From an uncultured Chloroflexia bacterium (GTDB lineage: Bacteria > Chloroflexota > Limnocylindria > Limnocylindrales > CSP1-4), in the NCBI GenBank assembly GCA_963778815.1, contig CAVZVS010000005.1, forward strand, positions 30,653-94,652: a DNA stretch of 64,000 nt. The letters run 5' to 3'. The notes under the pieces were generated by a model. It saw only the letters and a list, made by a program, of their open reading frames with translations. It made no database searches and was not told the DNA's origin. Made by a program: the position numbers and the translations under genes. Positions 56,437 to 64,000 of the stretch are shown here, in pieces; positions within the stretch are counted from its first letter, which is position 1, and every line of letters begins with the position of its first letter.

Positions 56437-57276
56437 ATGGCCGCGACGACCACCGGGGTCGACCACCAACGGGGTATCCGGCTCTCCGGACCGGTGGCCC
56501 GGCCGGGTCTCGATCCGAATGCGACGCTGGTTGCCCGGATCGACCTGTCGCCGACGATCGCCCGGTTCGTCGTCCGCCCGGACGGCGGCGCCGGCCCGTT
56601 CGAACCGGGCCAGTACTTCGCGCTCGGTCTCACCGTCGACGGCCGGCCGCTGCTGCGCCCGTACTCGACCTCGTCCGCAGCGGGCAGCCGGACGGAGCTC
56701 GAGTTCCTCATCCGGCTCGTGCCCGCTGGCGCGTTCACGCCTCGGTTGTGGGCTCTCCGGGTAGGGCAACGACTTTGGCTGGGGCGAGCCAAAGGCCTCT
56801 TCCGACTTCGTCCAGGCGATCAACGGACGCACCTGTTCGTGGCCACGGGCACCGGTCTGGCGCCGTTCGTCTCGATGCTCGCGACGCTCATCCCGAACGA
56901 CCCGGCCGGCCCGTCCCGGATCAGTCTTGCTGCGACAGCGTCGCCTCGGGCGCTCGTCGTCCACGGGGTCTCGCATGTCGAGGAGCTCGCCTACCGCGAT
57001 CGGCTGGAACGACTGCAAGCAACCGAGGTCGGTCTGCACTACGTACCGGTCGTCTCCCGTCCAGCCGATCCCGCCAACTCCGGCTGGACGGGCCTCACCG
57101 GCCGGCTCGAAGCGCAGCTCAGCGACCTGTGCACGACCCACCGGCTCGACCCCGCCTTGAGCGTCGCTTACCTGTGCGGCAACCCGGCGATGATCGCGAC
57201 GGTCGAGGGGATCCTGGCCGACCACGGCTTCGCCCGGGAGGCGGTCATCAGCGAGCAGTACTGGCCGGCCAGCTGA
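56437..57276 (+). CDS. Ferredoxin-NADP+ reductase-like flavoprotein
   Basis: [40 protein letters not shown]. Confidence 0.88.
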   Translation: MAATTTGVDHQRGIRLSGPVARPGLDPNATLVARIDLSPTIARFVVRPDGGAGPFEPGQYFALGLTVDGRPLLRPYSTSSAAGSRTELEFLIRLVPAGAFTPRLWALRVGQRLWLGRAKGLFRLRPGDQRTHLFVATGTGLAPFVSMLATLIPNDPAGPSRISLAATASPRALVVHGVSHVEELAYRDRLERLQATEVGLHYVPVVSRPADPANSGWTGLTGRLEAQLSDLCTTHRLDPALSVAYLCGNPAMIATVEGILADHGFAREAVISEQYWPAS

Positions 57277-57309
57277 TGTCGGGCCCACGGCCCCTTGGGA
57301 GCGCCGCGA

Positions 57310-57984
57310 TCAGGAGCCGGTGACGATCGAGATCTCGTCCATCGTGCCTTCGAACCAATCGCCGCCCTCGGCCTTCGCACCGATCGACAGGACCGCCTTG
57401 TTGCCCATCGTGCCGAGCGCTTTGGTCTTCTTCCAGATCCTGCCGTCGACCGACATCGAAACGGTGGTGGCGTGCTTCTCGCACGTGATGGTGTGATACA
57501 CGCCGTCGGCCAGGTCGGGGCCGGTCGTCTTCTGCCACGAGCCGGCCGAACCCTTGAGATAGCAGCGCGCCACCGAGCGCCCGTCGACGTTGACGATCTC
57601 GATCTTCCAATCGCCCCCGGCCGTGCTCGAGAGGCCTTTGCGGATGATGTCGTAGTCGTCCTCGGGCGCCTTGTCGAAAGCGACATGCACGGTCACGACC
57701 ATATCCGCCGTCTCGGCGTTAAGGCCCTGCCCGTCCGGTACGACGACCAAAGATGAAGTGCCGTTGAACCGATAGCCCTTCGTCCCGCCGATGCCCGGTG
57801 CTCCCAGCTGGATGTTCTTGAGGGTGCCCTCGTGGCCCTGGCCGGAGCCGTCGTGCATGACCGAGCCGGAGGTCTCATCGAGGTGCCAGATGGCGGCCGG
57901 CGAGGCCCCGACCACGGTCCCGACGGACGCCCCGAACAAGGCGAGCACGCCAAGCGTGATGAACGACGACCGCAGAATGCGCAC
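57310..57984 (-). CDS. Secreted LamG/concanavalin-like domain protein
   Basis: Signal-like N-terminus; WHLDE..G....D.SG, F.G, DG.YH, F.G.MDE; GGAGG before GTG 57984 (track start 58062). Confidence 0.8.
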   Translation of the reverse strand: MRILRSSFITLGVLALFGASVGTVVGASPAAIWHLDETSGSVMHDGSGQGHEGTLKNIQLGAPGIGGTKGYRFNGTSSLVVVPDGQGLNAETADMVVTVHVAFDKAPEDDYDIIRKGLSSTAGGDWKIEIVNVDGRSVARCYLKGSAGSWQKTTGPDLADGVYHTITCEKHATTVSMSVDGRIWKKTKALGTMGNKAVLSIGAKAEGGDWFEGTMDEISIVTGS

Positions 57985-58122
57985 CAGCAGGCCTCCCCGA
58001 GCGGACCGATGGATGATCTCCGTAACGGTACTCATCGCCACGGTCGCTGACTCGCCCGCCACGACAGCACCGCTGTCAGGCTGCCGACCGGGAAGCCCGC
58101 GAGCGTCGGTAGAATGAGCTCG

Positions 58123-58488
58123 ATGATCCGCGTCGGTTCGATCGTGATCCGGGTCGACGACCTGGCCCGCCAGCGGGAGTTCTGGTCGGCGGCCCTCGAC
58201 TACGCCGCCCGCGCCGAGACCAGCGACGACTTCGCGTTGCTCAGTCCGCGGGACGGCGTCGGGCCGAACCTGTCGCTCGACCAGGTGCGCTCAACAGTGC
58301 AGGTGCCACCGCGCATCCATCTCGACCTCTACGCCGAGGACCAGGCCGCCGAAGTCCGCCGGCTCATCGGGCTGGGCGCCACCGAGGTCCACTGGGACAA
58401 GCGGCCGGCGGACGCCGACTACATCATCCTGGCCGATCCCGAGGGCAACCGCTTCTGTGTGATCGACGTTGGTGAGACGGACTCCTGA
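58123..58488 (+). CDS. VOC/glyoxalase-like protein
   Basis: FWSAAL.Y, RIHLDLY, EV.RL..LGA, LADPEGN.FCV; TAGAAT 7 nt before ATG. Confidence 0.9.
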   Translation: MIRVGSIVIRVDDLARQREFWSAALDYAARAETSDDFALLSPRDGVGPNLSLDQVRSTVQVPPRIHLDLYAEDQAAEVRRLIGLGATEVHWDKRPADADYIILADPEGNRFCVIDVGETDS

Positions 58489-59007
58489 CTAGCGACGGGC
58501 CCACAGGTCGATCGCCGGCAGACCGTTCGCGCCGAGGAGCTGCGGGATCTCCCGGCTGTGGAAGGCGTCGTGGCTGAGCAGCCGCAACAAGATCGACCGG
58601 CGCGTGTGGAGTTGCCGGATGTCGCCGAGGTGCCGCTCGAACTCGACCTCGAGCATGTCGGCGGTCCACGTGTCGAGGCAGCGCTCGACGATGGCGCCGG
58701 TCGTCTCCTAGGCCCCGACCAGCTCTGCGGCTGACCGCGGATGGTCCAGGTCGTCCTCCCAGCCGAGTCCGCTGAACGGGTCGGGGAACGGCGTCGTCTC
58801 AGCGCCAGGTTCGCCGAGGACACCGCACAGCCAGTAGGTCCGCGTCCCGGCAGCGTGCGCAGCCAGCGCCCAGATCGGCGCATGATCCGGCCCGGCACTG
58901 AGCGCAAGCTGGTCGGCCGTCAGGTCACGCACCCCATCGACCAGGCGCGATCGGTACTGCGCCCCGTCGGCGTAGAAGCGGCGGATCGGCTCGGCTGGGT
59001 GCGTCAT
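58489..59007 (-). pseudogene. DinB-family protein interrupted by in-frame TAG at 58708-58710
   Basis: IWALAAH.AGTR.YW in first part; the same frame continues ETTGAIVERCLD..HDAFH..EI..LLG..GLP.IDLW to TAG 58489-58491. Confidence 0.8.
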
Positions 59008-59035
59008 CTCCGTCGAGTATGACGACTGCGCCCGG

Positions 59036-59419
59036 CTAGCCCTTGGGCTGGACGACCGCCAGGACGTTCCGGCTCGGGTCGACGAACCAGGCTGCCCAGG
59101 AGTGGCCCATGTCGGCGACACCGTTGGTCGTGACCGGATCGGGGGCCTCGTACTCCTCGATCTTGACCCCTCGCGCACGGAGATCCACGAGTGCCGCCTG
59201 GATATCCGGGACGCGCCAGGCCATCTGGGTCTGGCTGTCGGAGGTGCCGACGGTGCTCAACGTCACGACCAGCTGCGTCCCGGCCCCGCAGCGGAAGACG
59301 ATCCGGTCGCCTTCGTCTTCGCGCAGGATCTCAAGGCCGAGGGTGTCGTGGTAGAAGGTCCGGGTGGCGTCGAGGTCCAGCGACAGAAGGATCGGGAACA
59401 CCACGTGATCGCTGAGCAT
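59036..59419 (-). CDS. VOC/glyoxalase-like protein
   Basis: DLDATR.FY...LGL, L.ARGV..E.YE, AAWF.DP.RN.L; AAGGAG RBS. Confidence 0.88.
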   Translation of the reverse strand: MLSDHVVFPILLSLDLDATRTFYHDTLGLEILREDEGDRIVFRCGAGTQLVVTLSTVGTSDSQTQMAWRVPDIQAALVDLRARGVKIEEYEAPDPVTTNGVADMGHSWAAWFVDPSRNVLAVVQPKG

Positions 59420-59554
59420 CGCCTGCACTCCTTGCCGATGCAGGTGGCAGCGGACGTGCCACCACCGCGCTTTATACCCCGAACGGCGATCGGGCGGCGA
59501 CAGCCGATCCGCGGCAGGCGAGCCTGGTGATCCGCTGCCCCGGACGCGCCAGGC

Positions 59555-60223
59555 TCAGTCGCGACCCTGGACGGAGGCGACGTCGACCTCGTTGCCGGCC
59601 GCATCGGCCAGGGTCCACCAAGATGGTGCGTAGTCATCGCGCACCAGTCGGCCACCCGCGGCCAGCGCGGCAGCGACCCGAGCCTCGGTCTGCTCGGCCG
59701 GGATCCAGACCGCCACGTGGATCGATCCGCCGCCATCGCCGCGCGGCTCATTCATCCGCTCGAACCAGAAAGCCGGTCCGCGGTCGGCCGGATCGACGAG
59801 GTCCTCGTCGGGGCTATCGCCTCGCGGCCGGTACCCCAGCACGGCCTGCCAGAAGGGCAGGATCTCGGCGGTGTTCGGCGCACCGGGCACCACCAGGAAG
59901 CTCTGCACCAGGGATGGGTCGGCGGACAGGCCCAGGTCCCTGGCCGCCGCCGTGATCCGCCTCGCCAGCTCGACGTCCCGCTGGCTCATCCCGTAGTAGT
60001 CGTCGCTGACCGTGATCAGACGGACCGTCACCCCGCCGTGACGCAGGTCGACGTCCGGCTGATGGTCGTCGACGAGGGCCAGCTCCCCGATCACCTGGAT
60101 CAGCCGGGCGCTCGCCGCGAACGAGTCCGTGGCGAAGAAGGTGCAGGCACCGTCGCCGACGACGCGCCAGTCCTCGACGCCGTCGGACTCGCGGAACTGC
60201 CTGGCGCTGATCCCATCGGTCAT
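59555..60223 (-). CDS. Pterin-4a-carbinolamine-dehydratase-like domain fused to VOC domain
   Basis: DWR, F.T.SF, H.PD.DLR N-terminal domain; FW.AVLGY, DP..RGP..WF, AL.AGGRLV, WW.LAD..GNE.D. Confidence 0.8.
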   Translation of the reverse strand: MTDGISARQFRESDGVEDWRVVGDGACTFFATDSFAASARLIQVIGELALVDDHQPDVDLRHGGVTVRLITVSDDYYGMSQRDVELARRITAAARDLGLSADPSLVQSFLVVPGAPNTAEILPFWQAVLGYRPRGDSPDEDLVDPADRGPAFWFERMNEPRGDGGGSIHVAVWIPAEQTEARVAAALAAGGRLVRDDYAPSWWTLADAAGNEVDVASVQGRD

Positions 60224-60359
60224 CTCCAGAACGTATCAGGTTCCGGGTCAGAAGTTGACATGATCGGTGTGCCTTCCAGGCGGCCGCCACGCCGCACACT
60301 GGGACGGACACCGACGATCCACGGCTGAGGACGCCTAAAACGCGGGAGACGAGACCACG

Positions 60360-60833
60360 ATGACCGACCGCCTCGGCACTCCATTCGTCCTTCGACCAGG
60401 TGAAGGACGGCCGATCGACCTCGGCAACTTCGTGATGTCGGTCAAGGCGACCGGCCAGGACACCGGGGGAGTCTTCGCCTTGCTCGAGGCCGCCGAGCCA
60501 GCCGGATTCGGGCCACCGATGCACATGCATCGCGATGCCGCCGAGGCGTTCTACGTCCTCGAGGGCGAGTACCGCATCTTCATCGACGATGAGACCCACG
60601 TCTGCCCGGCGGGTTCGTTCATCTTCATCCCAGCCGGGATCCGCCATGGCTTTCGAGTCGGCGGCGCGCCCAGCCGGAAGCTGAACCTGTACACGCCGGC
60701 CGCGATGGTCGGTTACTTCGACGAGCTCAGCGCAGCGATCGCGGCCGGCGCTGCCGACCCGGATCGACTCGACGAGATCGCCGGACGGCATGGCATGGAG
60801 GTGATCGGCCCGGTCCCCGAGGGCTATCTGTAG
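60360..60833 (+). CDS. Cupin-domain protein
   Basis: GPPMHMH...EAFYVLEGE, G.F.FIP.G..H.F. Confidence 0.88.
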   Translation: MTDRLGTPFVLRPGEGRPIDLGNFVMSVKATGQDTGGVFALLEAAEPAGFGPPMHMHRDAAEAFYVLEGEYRIFIDDETHVCPAGSFIFIPAGIRHGFRVGGAPSRKLNLYTPAAMVGYFDELSAAIAAGAADPDRLDEIAGRHGMEVIGPVPEGYL

Positions 60834-60914
60834 TCTGAAGAGGCTCGGCGAGCGGCGGGATACCGTGCTCGAGTCGACGGGGGCGGCAGCCCGCCGGAGA
60901 GTAGATTGGGGCAC

Positions 60915-61670
60915 ATGAGCTTCGAGGTGGCCGCGGACGCGTACGACCGCTACATGGGTAGGTACTCGGTCCAACTCGCGCCGCAACTGGCTGACTTCGC
61001 CGGGGTGGCACACGGCCAACGCGTGCTCGACGTCGGTTGTGGACCGGGAGCGCTGACAGGCGAGCTGGTCGCGCGCCTGGGGGCCTCGGCCGTGGCAGCG
61101 GTCGACCCGTCGACATCCTTCGTCGCTGCCTCCCGGGAGCGCCACCCCGGCGTCAACGTGCTGCAGGCGTCGGCCGAGCGACTCCCGTTCCCGGACCAGG
61201 CCTTCGACGCAACCCTCGCCCAGCTGGTCGTGCACTTCATGTCAGATCCGGTCGGAGGAGTGGCCGAGATGGTCCGCGTGACCCGGGCCAACGGTGTCGT
61301 CGCGGCCTGCGTCTGGGATCATGCCGGTCAGGGCCCGCTGAGCCTGTTCTGGCGCGCTGCCCACGAGCTGGACCCGGAGGTCGACGACGAATCAGAGCTT
61401 CCGGGGGTCCGTGAGGGCCACCTGGCCGAGTTGTTCGAGGCAGCCGGATCGCGCGAGATCGCGGTAGGGGTCTTTTGGGCCAGCCTCGAGCACGCGACCT
61501 TCGATGCCTGGTGGGAGCCGTTCACCAGGGGTGTCGGTCCGGCCGGTGCCTTCCTGGCCAGCCTCAGCGCGGATCGGCAGGTCGAGCTGCGTGAATCGTG
61601 TCGGAGGATGAGCCCGGAGACACCGTTCGTGGTCACGGCTCGGGCCTGGGCGGCTCGCGGCCTCGCCTAA
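60915..61670 (+). CDS. Class I SAM-dependent methyltransferase
   Basis: YDRYMGRYS, VLDVGCGPGALT, AVDPS, AE.LPF.D; TAGATT 7 nt before ATG. Confidence 0.9.
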   Translation: MSFEVAADAYDRYMGRYSVQLAPQLADFAGVAHGQRVLDVGCGPGALTGELVARLGASAVAAVDPSTSFVAASRERHPGVNVLQASAERLPFPDQAFDATLAQLVVHFMSDPVGGVAEMVRVTRANGVVAACVWDHAGQGPLSLFWRAAHELDPEVDDESELPGVREGHLAELFEAAGSREIAVGVFWASLEHATFDAWWEPFTRGVGPAGAFLASLSADRQVELRESCRRMSPETPFVVTARAWAARGLA

Positions 61671-62035
61671 GGGCCCTCGCGCAGTCCGATCACGTTGCCG
61701 GCGGGGTCCTTGAACCAGGCGGCTCGGACGGGCCCGAACTGGGCGATGAAGTCGACCGTCCTGGGAGTCTCGTACTCCTCGAAGGTGACCCCGCGTGAGC
61801 CCAGGTCGCGGACGACCGCCTCGATATCGTCAACCTCGAAGTGCATGACCGTCTGGCCACCGCCACCCGGCTGTCCACGGCGGATCGTGAACTGCGATCC
61901 CTTGCCGGCGCCGAACCGGATGCCCGCCGGGGTCTCCTCAAGGAGGGTCAAGCCGAGCTGTTCCGCGTAGAACCGCTTGGCGACGTCGACGTCGGTCACG
62001 ACCAACGTCGTGACGGCAAGGAACTCGGAGAGCAT
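61667..62035 (-). CDS. VOC/glyoxalase-like protein
   Basis: V.DV..AKRFY...LGL, F.V.DIE..V..L..RGV.FEEY, AAWFKDP.GN.IGL; GAGG RBS. Confidence 0.88.
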   Translation of the reverse strand: MLSEFLAVTTLVVTDVDVAKRFYAEQLGLTLLEETPAGIRFGAGKGSQFTIRRGQPGGGGQTVMHFEVDDIEAVVRDLGSRGVTFEEYETPRTVDFIAQFGPVRAAWFKDPAGNVIGLREGP

Positions 62036-62250
62036 CGCGGGCACCTCGATCTTGACGAGCACGCGGAGCGGATGGGCGCCCCGATCTCGGGTGCATGGCT
62101 GGACGCCTGCCTGGCGCGAGGACCCGAGTATGCGCGGCTTGCGCACGGTGCACCGGTCCGATCCACCTCGTCCAGTTGGCCTGCCCTCCGAGGTCAAGAG
62201 CGGGCGCCGGGACAGCAGGTCGACGGGTCGAACGGTTGGCAGATCCCTGG

Positions 62251-62323
62251 TTTGTCCAACCTCTTGACAAAGCCCTGTCGGCTGGCACACCATCCGACTT
62301 CGTCCAGTCTCTTGCCAAAGCCC
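62251..62323. promoter_or_regulatory. Two putative ROK-repressor operators overlapping a TTGACA -35
   Basis: TTTGTC-N9-GACAAA 62251-62271 and TTCGTC-N9-GCCAAA 62299-62319, both followed by GCCC; TTGACA at 62264-62269. Confidence 0.6.
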
Positions 62324-62373
62324 GACGGCAAGTGGCATGGGGTGGTCTCGGTAGGAGGAGCGTCCGCCCGCGC

Positions 62374-63549
62374 ATGACTGCCAGCCCGACGGTGCTCCCT
62401 GAGCGAGCCACCCACCAGCAGACGCGAACCTTCAACCAGCAGCTGGTCCTCCGAGCGCTTCACGACGACAGCCCGCTCTCGCGCGCCGACCTGGCCAGGC
62501 TCACCGGCTTGACCCGAACCTCGGTCAGTGACCTCGTCAGCACGCTCATCGACGACGGCCTGATCGAAGAAGTCGGTCGGGGCCAGTCGAGTGGCGGCAA
62601 GTCACCCATCCTCTTGCGTGTCGCTCCGGACGGTCGCCACCTGATCGGGCTCGACCTCGGCGAGGCGCAGTTCAGCGGTGCCGTGGTCAACCTGCGCGGC
62701 GAGATCCTGCGCTCCATCGACCTGCCCCTCGAAGGACGGGATGGCGAAGCCGCCGTGGAGCTCGTGATCCAGCTCGTCGACGCCCTGCGCGCCGATGACC
62801 AGTCGCCCCTCCTCGGGATCGGCATCGGGTCGCCGGGCATCATCGACACCAGCACCGGGACCGTCCTCTGGTCGGTCCTCAACTGGGCTGAGCTCCGGCT
62901 TGGACCGCTCCTCGAGAAGCGCTACGGCGTGCCGGTCGCGGTCGCCAACGACAGTCATGCTGCCGCGCTCGCCGAACTGACCTTCTTTCGCCGCCCGCGG
63001 CCCAACAATCTGATCGTGATCAGGGTGGGTCGTGGGGTCGGCGCCGGGATCATCCTCAACGGTCAACTGTTCCAGGGCGATGGCTATGGGGCCGGCGAGT
63101 TCGGCCACGTCTCGATGGGCGCCGGCCACGCTCCGTGCCGGTGTGGGCGCGAGGGCTGCCTCGAGACGATCGCGAGCATGCGCGCGTTGGTCGACGCCGC
63201 CGGCGCCATCGAGCCCGCGATCACCGACGAGAGCGGACTCGTAGCGGCCTTCCTGGGCGGTGTGAGCAGCATCCGGCGGATCGTCCTCGATGCCGCCCGT
63301 GAGCTCGGCATCGCGGTCGGTTGGCTGATCGGCGTGCTCAACGTCCGGCATGTCCTGCTGGTCGGTCCGGTCGCGGCGTTCGGCGACGACTGGCTGGGTG
63401 AGGTTCGGCAATACGCCCGGGCCAGCGTCCTGGCCCTGCTCGCCCGGGACACCCAGATCGAGTTCGGCCACGTCCACGACGACGTGGTCGTGCTGGGCGC
63501 ATCGGCCCTGCTCATGGAGCAGCAGCTGGGCCTGGGGTTGGTGCGTTGA
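62374..63549 (+). CDS. ROK family transcriptional repressor (NagC/XylR-like)
   Basis: SRADLARLTGLT..SVS HTH; G.DLG; NDSHAAALAE; GE.GH, C.CG..GCLE. Confidence 0.92.
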   Translation: MTASPTVLPERATHQQTRTFNQQLVLRALHDDSPLSRADLARLTGLTRTSVSDLVSTLIDDGLIEEVGRGQSSGGKSPILLRVAPDGRHLIGLDLGEAQFSGAVVNLRGEILRSIDLPLEGRDGEAAVELVIQLVDALRADDQSPLLGIGIGSPGIIDTSTGTVLWSVLNWAELRLGPLLEKRYGVPVAVANDSHAAALAELTFFRRPRPNNLIVIRVGRGVGAGIILNGQLFQGDGYGAGEFGHVSMGAGHAPCRCGREGCLETIASMRALVDAAGAIEPAITDESGLVAAFLGGVSSIRRIVLDAARELGIAVGWLIGVLNVRHVLLVGPVAAFGDDWLGEVRQYARASVLALLARDTQIEFGHVHDDVVVLGASALLMEQQLGLGLVR

Positions 63550-64000
63550 ACGCGACCGATGAGCCGGACCTCCACGGGCCGCTGGTCGCCGGGGTCGATG
63601 TCGGCGGGACCAAGACCTCGATCGTCGTCGTCGACGACCGGGATCGCATCCGCTACGAGCAGGTCGCGCCCACGGACCGGTCGGGTCTGGTCGGCCAGAT
63701 CGCCGGACTCGTCGACGACGCCCGGCGCCGGCTCGGGCAGGACATCGCGGCCGTCGGCGTCGCTATCCCCGGCCGGGTCGACCCGGCGGATGGCTCGGTG
63801 AGCATGGCTGTCAACCTGGGCATCACCCACCTGCCGCTGGGGACGATGCTGGAGACGGAGCTGGGAGTCCCGGTCTTCGTCGAGCACGACGCCCGGGCGG
63901 CCGCGTTCTGGCTCAGCGAGCAGGCGACCGACGGGGCCGGCCCGGCGCCGGCGAGCGTCGCCTTCCTGGCGATCGGGACCGGCATCTCGGCCGGGGTCGT
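63546..64000 (+). CDS. ROK family sugar kinase, 3' truncated by window edge
   Basis: TTG start overlapping upstream stop; GVDVGGTKT, VGVAIPG.VD, EHDARAAA, L.IGTGI. Confidence 0.85.
   Translation, partial: MNATDEPDLHGPLVAGVDVGGTKTSIVVVDDRDRIRYEQVAPTDRSGLVGQIAGLVDDARRRLGQDIAAVGVAIPGRVDPADGSVSMAVNLGITHLPLGTMLETELGVPVFVEHDARAAAFWLSEQATDGAGPAPASVAFLAIGTGISAGV

Noticed and set aside
1-64000. Numerous long overlapping and antisense ORFs in the track (e.g. 19812-22022 +, 35677-38379 +, 46057-48753 +, 25912-27981 +)
   Set aside because: Shadow ORFs expected in high-GC DNA; they lie opposite or over genes with clear family motifs and have no motifs of their own
1-64000. rRNA, tRNA, CRISPR array, transposase, integrase or prophage
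   Set aside because: No cloverleaf-like or rRNA-like sequence, no regular repeat-spacer array and no recombinase motifs recognised

Overview
High-GC bacterial chromosomal segment, densely coding (about 65 CDS), with no rRNA, tRNA, CRISPR array, integrase or transposase visible. F420-type enzymes, a Cys-motif LysM protein and many apparently leaderless genes suggest Chloroflexota (Limnocylindria-like) or an actinobacterium-like host; this is inference only. Contents in order: a methylated-amine demethylation cluster (MttB-like, DmdA/GcvT-like, Rieske oxygenase), PotABCD-type ABC transporter, xth, archaeal-type ACT-DUF5612 protein, MarR/MFS, NiSOD sodN-sodX, arylsulfatase-HAD, K+ channel, lysA, proline racemase family, an uncharacterised Fe-S flavoprotein plus two paralogous membrane proteins with a NarX/NarL-type two-component system, an alpha-glucan cluster (GH13, GH57, glgP, glgA), an ApbE/ferric-reductase-like redox locus with two-component system, ferredoxin and FNR, a VOC/DinB/cupin cluster and a ROK regulator/kinase. 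Main unexplained signals: (1) three intergenic triplets of a 17-bp pseudo-palindrome (consensus TATCACnnCCATTGnTA) with the same orientation pattern; (2) the 34-39.5 kb Fe-S flavoprotein/membrane-paralog operon; (3) the ApbE locus with no canonical flavinylation substrate; (4) an unannotated promoter-small ORF-terminator unit opposite a GntR gene. Two single-base frameshifts and one in-frame amber codon may be sequence errors. All family assignments are from motif recognition, not database searches.
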